Shown piece after piece: positions 35,420-46,954 of a stretch of 64,000 nucleotides of DNA. The notes beneath the pieces were generated by a model. That model worked only from the letters and a program-made list of their open reading frames with translations. It had not been told where the DNA came from and searched no databases. Numbering within the stretch: position 1 is the stretch's first letter; each line of letters starts with the position of its first letter. Both the position numbers and the translations under genes were made by a program. The DNA is from Narcine bancroftii (Eukaryota), in the NCBI RefSeq assembly GCF_036971445.1, contig NC_091469.1, positions 8,742,001-8,806,000 on the forward strand. Direction: 5' to 3'.

Positions 35420-35901
35420 TTTCTTTCTTTGGCTTGGCTTCGCGGATGAAGATTTATGGAGGTGGTAAAAAGTCCACGTCAGCTGCAGGCTCGTTTGTGG
35501 CTGACAAGTCCGATGCGGGACAGGCAGACACGGTTGCAGCGGTTGCAGGGGAAAATTGGTTGGTTGGGGTTGGGTGTTGGGTTTTTCCTCCTTTGCCTTT
35601 TGTCAGTGAGGTGGGCTCTGCGGTCTTCTTCAAAGGAGGTTGCTGCCCGTCAAACTGTGAGGCGCCAAGATGCATGGTTTGAGGCGTTATCAGCCCACTG
35701 GCGGTGGTCAATGTGGCAGGCACCAAGAGATTTCTTTAGGCAGTCCTTGTACCTTTTCTTTGGTGCACCTCTGTCACGGTGGCCAGTGGAGAGCTCGCCA
35801 TATAACACGATCTTGGGAAGGCGATGGTCCTCCATTCTGGAGACGTGACCCATCCAGCGCAGCTGGATCTTCAGCAGCGTGGACTCGATGCTGTCGACCT
35901 C
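35420..35901 (-). mobile_element. RTE 3' fragment, 8-bp TSD tgtcacat
   Basis: Near-identical to the 3' part of 9659-10795; TSD at 35412-35419 and 35902-35909. Confidence 0.95.
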
Positions 35902-35919
35902 TGTCACATACCCCATTGA

Positions 35920-36205
35920 TAAATCTAAAAGAGGTTCATAAAATCACGAGAAGCCTAAGATAATGTGAATGATCCCAGTCTGATACCCATTATAAGAGAG
36001 TCCAAAACTGGAGGGAATAATTTAAAGTGAGAGGGGAAAGATGTAAAAGGAAACCAAGGGGACACATTTTCACACAGAGGGTGGAGGGTCTGTGAAATGA
36101 ACTACCAGAAGAAGTGGTAGAGGCTGAGACAATGAGGATGTTTAAAATTCAAGAATATGGACTGGAAAGGTTTGGAGGGGCATGGTCCAAACTCAGGCAA
36201 AGGGG
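35920..36205 (+). mobile_element. CR1 3' fragment
   Basis: ttcacacagagggtgg, gaactaccagaagaagtggtagaggc. Confidence 0.7.
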
Positions 36206-36209
36206 ACAA

Positions 36210-36395
36210 GCATGTTCGGCTTGGTGGTTAGTGCAACACTATTACAGTGCCGGCGACTTGAGTTCAAATCCAACACTGTCTGTAATTAATTTGTATGTTC
36301 TCACAGTGTCTGCATGGGATCCTACCCACCCTCCAAAAAAAAAATGGCATGCAGGGTTTTTTAGATTTATTGCTGTATTTGGGCCTCAAAGAACC
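36210..36395 (+). mobile_element. tRNA-derived SINE, degraded
   Basis: ggttagtgcaacactattacagtg, B-box gagttcaaatcc, tttgtatgttctc. Confidence 0.7.
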
Positions 36396-37383
36396 TTAGT
36401 GAAATATTGAGTCAGTGCATTTTGTCATAAGTCACTCCAAATAAGTTGTGCATCTCCTCTACCATCTCTGGACATGCCCAGTGCATCTGTACACTAAGCA
36501 CCAGGAAGTACTCTGGCAGCAGACAAATCACACATTCCTGTTTAGCTGTCAGGGTTTCACAAATCATTTTTATCCTGAAATGTTTAAAAACACTGTCTTA
36601 CATTATAGAATTCCAAAGTCAGGATGACAACTTGCCAAACATATGACTTCCTTACTGGAAAATGTTGTTCTCTTTCCATCGATTACTCTCAGCAAACAAG
36701 AACAAAGCCATCATACTTATGATAAAATTAGTATGTGACAGTGAAGGCATAGCACAGGATAATATTTAATGAATCCATGGCTCTGATTGTTTGACCAGAA
36801 AACATAGGAACAGAATTAGGCCATTTGGCCCATCCACCCTGCTCTGCCATTTCAATTGTGGCTAATGTATTTTTCCATCTCAACCCCATTCTCTTGCCTA
36901 CTCCCCATAGCCTTTGACATCCTTACCAATCAGGAGTTAAGTAGAGAAGTTTTCAAACGCTGTGATTGTAGTGGAGATCTCCTTTGAGTCAGCACCGATT
37001 CAATCCAACATTGTAACAACATTGTGAAAACCACAACACTAACTGTGCCACCGTTCTTCTAAATTCATCCAATATGCCTCTAAAATTCCCAAAGAATTTC
37101 TAAGCCATTGCATCCTTCCAGAGTCGTAAGTCTGTTTTTTTTTTGCAAAATTTTGTTTCCAATCAAGAATATAGGCTCTTCCAAAATTCTTGCTGAGCAA
37201 TTCACTGTTAACTTGGCATCAGCCAGGACACCAGAGGAGACTGAAACAGGACGAGCTTGCCTGACCGTTCAGTGAGACCATGGCTGATCCATCTTTCCTC
37301 ATCTATTCCCCTGAACTTTTATTCTCTTACTGATATAAACCTTAGGAAATGGAGTGCTCTGGCATAGAAGATGAATAGAGGTT

Positions 37384-37560
37384 NNNNNNNNNNNNNNNNN
37401 NNNNNNNNNNNNNNNNNNNNNNNNNNNNNNNNNNNNNNNNNNNNNNNNNNNNNNNNNNNNNNNNNNNNNNNNNNNNNNNNNNNNNNNNNNNNNNNNNNNN
37501 NNNNNNNNNNNNNNNNNNNNNNNNNNNNNNNNNNNNNNNNNNNNNNNNNNNNNNNNNNNN
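37384..37560. other. Assembly gap (177 N)
   Basis: Run of N. Confidence 1.
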
Positions 37561-38335
37561 AATGAATCTATCTTGGTTTTAAGTATGTTCAAAGATTCAT
37601 CCTCCATAGTTGTAAAGATATAACCATTTCAGAGAAGAAGTTCATGCTCATCTCAGTCTTAAAAAAATGCTCCTTCATTATGAAGATATCCTCACTGGTC
37701 CTATACTTTCCCAGAGAGAGCAGCCACCTCCCAAAATTAACTCTGTGAGTTCACTAAGAATTGCATGTTTCTAAAAGATCACATCTCATTCTTCCCAGCT
37801 CCAACAAGTATGATGATAATGAGTTTATTGTCGTACACATTGTACAATGTACATATGCACTGAAATTCTTACAGTACAGCCCCATCTTGTTTACCCCTTG
37901 CTCAATATCTCCATAATTGAGAAACATCTTGTATTTTCTTCCTCTCGATTTGTTCACATCCTTCTTCTTATTTCTTGTATCATGTTCTTTCATACATGAA
38001 ATTTCAGAACACTACAGCACAGAAACAGAATCTTCAGCTCATAGTCCGTGTTGAACTATTATTCTGCCTGGTTCCAATGACTTGCATCTGGACCATAGCC
38101 CTCTATTCTCCTGCTATCCTTGTACATATCCAATTTTTTCTTAAATATTAACATTGAGCCAGCATTCACCACTTCATTTGGCAGTTTATTCCACATTCTC
38201 ACCTCACTCTGCGTAAAGAACTTACTTTAATGTTCCCCTTAAACTTTTCACCTTTCACCCTTAACCCATGTCCTCTTGTTCTTGACTCACTTAACCTCAG
38301 TGGAAAACAACTGCATGCATTGCCTCTATCTATAC
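37561..38335 (-). mobile_element. Nested CR1 3' fragments
   Basis: ESRTRGHGLRVKGEKFKGN; 3'UTR cagaacactacagcacagaaacag. Confidence 0.75.
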
Positions 38336-38365
38336 AATTTGGTTGTTGTTTGGGCATCTTTATAC

Positions 38366-38862
38366 CAGTAGTCCACAACCTTTTCCTTTCCACTCATATA
38401 CCACTTTAAGTAATCCCTATGCCCTAAGGGCTCCGTGATTAATAAGGGATCGCTGAAGGTGGTATGTGAGTGGGAAGGGAAGGTTGAGAATCACTGGTCT
38501 AGACCCAATTGTTATTGAAATATTTTGCTTGGGAAAAATTGTCATTGGCTCATTTACTTTGGAGTTATGAAACTGTGCACATAATAACTCAATTAGGTAC
38601 GATCAAACCAATAATTTCATGTCAGACAAGGGGTGTTTTGATTCCTCTAAGCCTGACCTCTACTATTGATGAAGTAAGTTCTCCATTGTTACAGCAAAGC
38701 ACTGAAATAAATCAGCTCAGCAGTAATCCACACTGTGTGATTTTCAAACTTTTTTTTTCCACCAACATACCACCTTAAGCAATCCATTATCACAGAGCAC
38801 ATATGGCATAGGGAATACTTAAAGTGGTATGTGTGTGGAAAGAAAATGGTTGAGAACCACTG
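38366..38862. mobile_element. hAT composite MITE, perfect 8-bp TSD ctttatac, with a 128-bp captured insert
   Basis: TSD at 38358-38365 and 38863-38870; TIR cagtagtccacaac / gttgagaaccactg. Confidence 0.9.
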
Positions 38863-40050
38863 CTTTATACTATTCCTAGGTTGACTTTCCCCTGCTATTT
38901 TTTACCTCTACCTAAGAGGACTTTTGATCTTATAAGCTGAGATCATCCCACTGAACTGTATGTATTAGCAGAGCTATCCTGCCATCATTTATTTTATCAT
39001 TCCTCCCTCTGTTCCTAATTCACATCTTCCAGTCCAGTGACGATATATTTGAAATATTATTAATTTAATGAACAGACATTATATTCTTTCTTTGGCTTGG
39101 CTTCGCGGACGAAGATTTATGGAGGGGGTAAAAAGTCCACGTCAGCTGCAGGCTCGTTTGTGGCTGACAAGTCCGATGCGGGACAGGCAGACACGATTGC
39201 AGCGGTTGCAAGGGAAAATTGGTTGGTTGGGGTTGGGTGTTGGGTTTTTCCTCCTTTGCCTTTTGTCAGTGAGGTGGGCTCTGCGGTCTTCTTCAAAGGA
39301 GGCTGCTGCCCGCCAAACTGTGAGGCGCCAAGATGCACGGTTTGAGGCGTTATCAGCCCACTGGCGGTGGTCAATGTGGCAGGCACCAAGAGATTTCTTT
39401 AGGCAGTCCTTGAAGACATTATATTAGCAAGGAACAAAATCACAACCACCAGTGTCAGGAAATTGTGTAAAATTATTAATTCTCCATTCCCTGATACTCT
39501 AATTTCTGAGAAGCAAATGCCACATCATTCAGACAGACCCCAGAAATACAAACTCTGCTGGCTTGTTAGCACTGAACACATTCATATAATTTTCATAAAT
39601 TTGTCCACAAATCCATCATTAATTAAAGATTATGTTTCTAATATATGGTTTTATCCATGACAGCTGGTGTGAAATGTGTTCACTGTTAAATTGCTTTACA
39701 CGTCCTTTCAAGTTTTATATTCGTCAGATCGGAATTCGTGATTTCATTTTAATGACATAGAATAGTATATTTAGAAATTAGTTATTTCATATTTAAATAC
39801 ATTTTATATTAAATTCTTGCCAATGTGTTATTTGCATAAAAAGGATTACTTTCAAAGTAACATTAGATAAATCATTAGATTGGTCTTCACAGCAAGATAA
39901 TGTCAGGAAACTTAAAGCCAATACAGTGTGGATTACTGCTGAGCTGATTTATTTCAGTGCTTTGCTGTAACAATGGAGAACTTACTTCATCAATAGTAGA
40001 GGTCAGGCTTAGAGGAATCAAAACACCCCTTGTCTGACATGAAATTATTG
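38609..40050. repeat. Inverted duplication, arms 38609-38736 and 39923-40050 (128 bp, no mismatch seen)
   Basis: Direct comparison; identical 42-aa translation on opposite strands in the ORF track. Confidence 0.97.
39086..39413 (-). mobile_element. RTE 3' fragment, 12-bp TSD agacattatatt
   Basis: TSD at 39074-39085 and 39414-39425; near-identical to about 10473-10795. Confidence 0.95.
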
Positions 40051-40199
40051 CAGCATATTTTATTTTTATTATTCCTGGCCACCTTTCTCCCACTCTTGGA
40101 ATAAACAGGAAATATTATTGTGGTTGCTTGCACAGTTATGCTTACCATCTTGTATTGTTGATGACATACTTTTGTATTCGATCTTTTTATGAAAATTTA

Positions 40200-40600
40200 G
40201 AGAAACATTGTCTTCTCCGGGATGGTCAGCACGGCTTTGTGAGAGATCTCTTTGAGGAAGTGGCAAAGAATGTTGACTCAATAGAGGTCTACAAGATGAT
40301 GATAGGCATATATAGGATAGAGAGCCTGCTCCTTTTTCCCAGGGTGATAGTAGCAAATGCCAGAGGGCATTTGTTTAATGTGAGGGGAAGAAGTTCAGGG
40401 GAGATTTTTTTTTTTACACAGTGCCTGGAATGTATTGCCAGTAGTGGTGGTGGTGGAGGCTGATAAAACAGGCACATGGATGCAAAAAAGAGAAAGGGTT
40501 ATGGGTGTGAGTTAAGGAAGGTTTAAATTGTTGAGTAGGTTTATAATCTATTCGTGGCCCAAAGGGCCTGCACTGCACTGTAATGTTCTATATTCTATGT
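40200..40600 (+). mobile_element. CR1 fragments
   Basis: LRDGQHGFV; 3'UTR ending gttctatattctatgt. Confidence 0.7.
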
Positions 40601-41047
40601 AGTGCTGTTCCTGGGATGTAACTTTCTGTTACCAGTTCTGGATAAAGATAGAAAAACTGATGCAACTTCATATTTACAACAGGTATAAATTATTTTGCTA
40701 TCTATCTGGATACTAATATTTTAGTGTGTTATCAAATGATTACAAATTGAGAGAGGGTCCGAGAACTACAGAGTGCAAAATATGGTAATTCAGCCACTGC
40801 ATCCATTCCAACCTTATTGTTCATTTACACTCATTTCATTTCCCTCATTAGAACACTATCCTTTGATACCTTGCAGTTTTTCTAAGCAATTGTTAAATGC
40901 CTCTTAAATGTAGAGACTCTATCTGATTCTAATACTTTCTCTGCTAGTGTGTGCTAGATATTAACCATTCACTGCACAAAGAACCACCTGATGCAAAATC
41001 ACCTCTGCAGCTCCTTCCTTTCCTCTTAAACCTGTGTCCTCTGTTAG

Positions 41048-41290
41048 AACAGTTAGCATAGCGGTTAGTGCAACGCTATTGCAGCACCAGTAACCCAGGT
41101 TCAAATCTGGCACTGTCTCTAAGGAGTTTGTATGTTCTCCCCATGTCTGCATGGGTGTCCTCCAGGTGCTCCAGGTTTCTTCCCTCCCTTTGAAAATATG
41201 CAGAGATTGTAGATAATTGGTGCATTTGGGTGGCACAGGCTCAGGGATGGAAAGGCCTGTTATCAGGCAGTATGATTAAAATTAACATTA
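41048..41290 (+). mobile_element. tRNA-derived SINE (V-SINE-like), near full length
   Basis: A box tagcatagcgg, B box ggttcaaatc, core gagtttgtatgttctcccc..tgcatgggt, CR1-like 3' end. Confidence 0.85.
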
Positions 41291-41309
41291 AAATTTTTTA
41301 AATTTAAAA

Positions 41310-41630
41310 TTTGATACCTCCCATAATTTTATCTGCTTCCAGCAGGTTAACATTAGTATCCAAGGAGAATGAGGCCAACCTGTTCAATCTCTCTCCATGA
41401 CTAAACTCTTTCAATTCCAGCATTATTCTGCTGCTCTCCACTCCACCCTCTCCAACCCTCACCCTCTCCTTTTGTGTGATGACCAGATTTCACACAATTC
41501 TTCAAATGTGGTCCGACCTTGTCAAGTTGCAGCATAACACCCCAGCTCTTTTATTCTATGCCCTAACCTTTCAGAATAAGCATGCCATATGCCTTTTTCC
41601 CACCCTTTTGACCAATGCTGCCATGTTCAG
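41310..41630 (-). mobile_element. Old CR1 RT fragment
   Basis: gaccagatttcacacaattcttcaaatgtgg, catgccatatgcct. Confidence 0.65.
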
Positions 41631-42309
41631 TTAACTATGGCCTTGGACCATAGCACCCTAACAGGTATTTCTGGCCGATGACCCCAAGCTGCCCAAATAT
41701 ACTCACGTGACCAATTAACTGATGAACCCTGCAAAAGGGACAGTGTTCTAGGGATGGGTGCAAAGAAAGTTTTCCAGATAAATATTGTGGAAAAATAACA
41801 GTTTGTGAATGCTAAATAGCTTCCTTGATCATACTTGCTGATCACGACAAAAGAGTGGACCTCTTTTGTAATCATTCCAAAAGAGGTTAAAAATTGAGGT
41901 AACTGCTTCACACATTTTTGCAGGAAAATCTTACAAATATGATGTCCTAGGAGCATTATCACAGATTTAAGAATGATTTTAAAAAAAGGTTTGGTTTCAG
42001 GGAAAACTAATAGAATTCAATCTCCTTTATGTGGCCATCATCAAAGGAGATCTTCAGAGAGAAAATGCACTGGTGTTTCTCAAGATACTTTGAGCAAGTG
42101 AAACCTCAGGCAGAACTACATTGGTATCTTACTAGAAGCAGTTGATTTACAGTTTGTTGAAGTTAAAATACAAGGCAAGCAGGACAGATGCCCATAACGT
42201 TCTCAAATGTGAACTGGAGATCATGATGGGAATCTTTGTGAGGATGTCCAAAACAATGAAGCTGAAGAATATTTGTGGGCATTGATAACAAAGGACTTAA
42301 TTAATCAAA

Positions 42310-43470
42310 CAATTCAACAGTCAAGTTAGGATGTCATGAAGTTGCACAAGGCATTGTGAGGACAAATGTGGAGTATTGAGTGCAGTTTTGGTCACCTAAC
42401 TTCAAGAAGATTTCTATAAGATAGAGAGAGTGCAAATATTTACAAGGTTGTTGCTGGGACATGAGAAACTGATTTACAGGGGAAGGTTAAACAAGTTAGG
42501 ACTTTATTCCCTGGCGTGTTGTAGGACGAGAGGAGATTTGAATGAGAGATACAAAATTGTAAGGGTATAGACAGAATAAATGCAAGTATGCTTTTTCCAC
42601 TGTGGCTGGGTGAGACAAGAAATAGAGGACATAGGTTAAGGGTGAGAAGTGAAATAGTTTAAAGGAACATTAGGGGAAGTTTCTTTACACAGAGAGTGAT
42701 GGGAGTGAGGATTGAGCTTCCATCTGAAGTGGTGAATGTGGGCTCAATTTTGACATTTAAGAAATATTTGGACAGGTACATGGATGAGAAAGGTATGGAG
42801 GTCTCTGATCAATGAAAGATCAATGGGACGGGGCAGAAAAATAGTTTGGCATGGGCTAGATGGCCTATTTCTGTTTTATAGTTCTATGGTTCTAAAAGTA
42901 GGGAAGTTAAAAGTTGCAACTCTATAAATCTCTGGTTAAGTTGCACTTGGAGAGTTGTATGCAATTCTGGTTACTCCCCCCACCCCCATCCCCAAATAGA
43001 TAAGATGTGGATGTTTTGGAAAGGGTACAGCGGGGATTTATTGAGATGTTGGATAGATTAGATGCTATGAATGATGTCGAGAAATTGCATAAACTTGAGT
43101 TGTTTTCTCTGGACTGTCATAGGCTGAGGGGAGCCCTGATAGATGTTTATAAAGTTATTAGAGGCATTGATAGGGTGGGCAATTGGTATCTTTCTCCTAG
43201 GCTATAATTGTTCACATATGAGAAGATATGCATTAAAAGTAAGGGACAAGTTTTTATGACCGAATTGTGGGTGCTTGGAACCAGATAAGCTAATACCACA
43301 TTAGCACATTGGTAGCAGTTAAGAGGCTTTTCGATTGACATATGCATGGAAGAGAGGATTGTTGATAATGTGCAAGCATCAGAATTTTAGTTTGACTTGG
43401 GTATCATGCCTGACGCTTACATTGTGGGCCAAAAGGCCAGTTTTTGCGCTATACTATTCAAATTTCCATT
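42310..43470 (+). mobile_element. Two tandem CR1 3' fragments (42310-42892 and 42895-43470)
   Basis: Each has a VQFWSP-like region and the 3'UTR; DVLERVQRGF in the second. Confidence 0.85.
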
Positions 43471-44378
43471 TCAACGTAGACCTCCGATCCAGGCAACATC
43501 GTGGTGATTCTCTTCTGCCTTCTCTCTATTGCTACTGCACCCTTCCTTTAGTGTGGTAACCAGAGCTGTACCTAATACTCCAAGCGTAATCGTGTATTCA
43601 TCAATCTTCAGGCAGATGTTCACATTAAATGGGCTGAATGGCCTCCTTCTGTTCCTATGTCTTATGGTCTATATTCTATGGAGGGTTTATATTGATCTTG
43701 AGAGTTAGAGTATAGGTGACTTCTGCATAAGTTGTTTCTCAGTTATATCTCAGAAAGGATTTATGTGACTTTATTTCCTTAAATCTTTTACTGATGCTGA
43801 CATTTAAAAGTCAGTTCACAGGAGCAGCATTCGATTAAATGTGACATGATGGCCCAAGCTTGTAATAAATAGAAGACATGTATGCACAGTGTTGCATAAT
43901 CTAATATTACATAATTAGAATCAGATACACAAATAATTAATAATACTCCTTTGATGGTGGAAGATTTTCTCAAGCAATAGCTTTTCTGACTTCCTGCTGA
44001 GTTTGAAGGAATTGAATTATAGGATGGAATAGAATTTTTGAAATCATTTTGATTTTACCAAACATTACTCAGCACATTTTAGATAAGTGAAGCTGATTTC
44101 TGTCAGAACATTGGGCTTACTTACAACTGGTTGTTGAAAGGAAGTGCCTGCTTTTAGCTTTCTTGCTCGATTCTGCTTGGGCATCATGAGCTGAGCACAT
44201 CCTACATTTTTCTCATTTCAATTAAGACATGTCAGTGTGAACTCAGCCTGGAACTCCTATTTTCTTTTATAGCCAACTGCCCTTTACGTGGATCAAAAAT
44301 TATTTTGCAAATAAAAAAATTGGTTAACTTTTTGTCTTTCTCCAGACAGAATATAACATTAATTAATTTCAGTATTAA

Positions 44379-44449
44379 AACTTGGTTCCATTGTGGTTAA
44401 GATTTGGTGCTCTCACCACTGTGGCAAGGTTTGATTCCTATTCAGGGAA
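44379..44449 (+). pseudogene. tRNA-Glu(CTC) pseudogene
   Basis: gtggttaagatttggtgCTCTCACcactgtggc.aaggtttgattcctattcagggaa aligns with vertebrate tRNA-Glu-CTC, mostly by CpG transitions; followed by a T7 run. Confidence 0.8.
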
Positions 44450-44829
44450 GTATGTAGGTTTTTTTCTCTGCTGTAGTCCATGGGGAGGGACTGGTCAGAT
44501 TGATGTGGAGGAAGTTAGGTCAGTAAAACATTGTGAGTACTGTGCTTTGTTCTTTTATTCATCCTGAAATGTTTGTCTGGATGCACAAATACTTCAGGTA
44601 TAAATTAACGCTTCCATGCGTTGTATCACGGAGAAGTCACTGTCTTGGAGATTAATCTTCCCTGGAGTTGACATTTAATCGGGGGTTGCTTCAGTTACTT
44701 GCCTGCATGCTTGTCCATCTACTTCCTGATCATCTACTGACTTCTTAAGATTTATTCTCATAGATACATTGATAAAATTCTATCTACCTATTGAGCTTCA
44801 ATTCTAATGAACTGTAAGTGACTCCAGAT

Positions 44830-45300
44830 GTTTTCAAGTTCAAGTTTATCGCACTCTGTGATGCTGCCACAAAACAATAAATTTCATGACATGTTCCTGA
44901 CAATAATTTCTGGTTTTGTACATATACAACCAGTCTAAACAGTATTTCTCCTGACCACAGTTCACATAAACACACATAAACACAGCAAATAATAATTACA
45001 NNNNNNNNNNNNNNNNNNNNNNNNNNNNNNNNNNNNNNNNNNNNNNNNNNNNNNNNNNNNNNNNNNNNNNNNNNNNNNNNNNNNNNNNNNNNNNNNNNNN
45101 NNNNNNNNNNNNNNNNNNNNNNNNNNNNNACAAGATGCGATTCATCAATCACACAGACTGTGGGAAAAAAGCTATAAAAGCTACTTCCCAGCCTAGCAGT
45201 CCTGATTTTGATGCTCCTGAGCCTCCTTCCTGATGGCAATGGGTCAAAGTTAGTATGCAAAGGGTAGAAAGGGTCTTCAATAATTCTCTGAGTCCTCTTT
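44830..45300 (-). mobile_element. Rex1/Babar 3' end spanning a gap
   Basis: FDPLPSGRRLRSIKIRTARLGSSFY; ttcaagttcaag tail. Confidence 0.75.
45001..45129. other. Assembly gap (129 N)
   Basis: Run of N. Confidence 1.
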
Positions 45301-45937
45301 AAATGGAAACTGGGAAGTTGTGTAGATTTGAGAGGGTGAAGAATAGTCAGAAATCAGCTTGGGAAAAATGTGCTACAACTGTGGAATGTTTATGTGCAGG
45401 GATGTGTGTTGCCCAGCTATTGGCTGAGTTGCATCCCCAATGGAAATGGCTGTCAGTGATCACTGAGTGAGATCACTCTAGCATCCTCTTGTTCTCTGTT
45501 GCTGTCATGAGTATGTGTCCTGCAGTTTATTTCTTGATCGAATTTGTGGATGAGAGCATTGACTTTACCAGTATGTGTGTACTATCTTATATTTCACTTG
45601 GTTGATGATGTGGGGATATTTTGTTTCTCAGAAATATAGGGTAGGATTGGATTTGGGATAAATTTTGAGCTTTTACAGATTATTGCTGACTTTTTGTTCA
45701 TTACAGTAAATAATTTTGTTATTGATGTGTCTGAAACAAATTGTGAAGTCCCCAAATATATTTTTTTTACTTACAAAATGTTGAATTCAACAGTTTTCTG
45801 TCTAGCAATTTCATCATGATTCAATATTCAAACAGAACCATTCGTTTTTGAATAGCTGTATGATTCAACCATGTTTCCAGAGGTTGCAATGTGCTGCTTA
45901 GGTACAATACTGTTCTTTAAGCTTCCATGGAGCTTTA

Positions 45938-46954
45938 TTGGAGGGCGGGATGGGATGAGTATTAATGTGACTGATGTCCAGAAGCTGGTTGTCACCTGAA
46001 AGGGATAAGGACGTAATGTGGATATTGGAGTAGTAAGGGGAGGTTGGAGGGGGGGATGGGATGAGTATTAATGTGACTGATGTCCAGAAGCTGGTTGGCA
46101 CCTGAAAGGGATAAGGAAGTAATGTGGATATTGGAGTAGTAAGGGGAGGTTGGAGGGGGGATGGGATGAGTATTAATGTGACAGATGTCCATTAGCTGGT
46201 TGGCACCTGAAAGGGATAAGGAAGTAATGTGGATATAGGAGTAGTAAGGGGAGGTTGGAGGGGGGATGGGATGAGTATTAATGTGACAGATGTCCATTAG
46301 CTGGTTGGCACCTGGAAGGGATAAGGAAGTAATGTGGATATTGGAGTAGTAAGGGGAGGTTGGAGGGGGGATGGGATGAGTATTAATGTGACTGATGTCC
46401 AGAAGCTGGTTGGCACCTGAAAGGGATAAGGAAGTAATGTGGATATTGGAGTAGTAAGGGGAGGTTGGAGGGGGGATGGGATGAGTATTAATGTGACAGA
46501 TGTCCATTAGCTGGTTGGCACCTGAAAGGGATAAGGAAGTAATGTGGATATTGGAGTAGTAAGGGGAGGTTGGAGGGGGGATGGGATGAGTTTTAATGTG
46601 ACAGATGTCCATTAGCTGGTTGGCACCTGGAAGGGATAAGGAAGTAATGTGGATATTGGAGTAGTAAGGGGAGGTTGGAGGGGGGATGGGATGAGTATTA
46701 ATGTGACTGATGTCCATTAGCTGGTTGGCACCTGAAAGGGATAAGGAAGTAATGTGGATATTGGAGTAGTAAGGGGAGGTTGGAGGGGGGATGGGATGAG
46801 TTTTAATGTGACTGATGTCCATTAGCTGGTTGTCACCTGAAAGGGATAAGGAAGTAATGTGGATATTGGAGTAGTAAGGGGAGGTTGGAGAGGGGATGGG
46901 ATGAGTATTAATGCGACTGATGTCCAGAAGCTGGTTGGCACCTGAAAGGGATAA
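45938..46954. repeat. 105-bp minisatellite, about 9.7 near-identical copies
   Basis: (a/t)ttaatg anchor at 45961, 46067, 46172, 46277, 46382, 46487, 46592, 46697, 46802, 46907. Confidence 0.98.

Noticed and set aside
41048-41125. Functional tRNA gene
   Set aside because: A and B boxes continue into a SINE core and tail; homologues at 36210 and 55610.
45992-46822. 276-aa ORF of 35-aa repeats as a real protein
   Set aside because: Follows from a 105-bp unit that is stop-free in one frame; the frame breaks at a G-run indel, and there is no gene context.
45938-46954. CRISPR array or tandem hammerhead array
   Set aside because: No unique spacers and no cas genes in eukaryotic DNA; ctgatgtcc lacks the CUGANGA core and no stem II pairs before gaaa.
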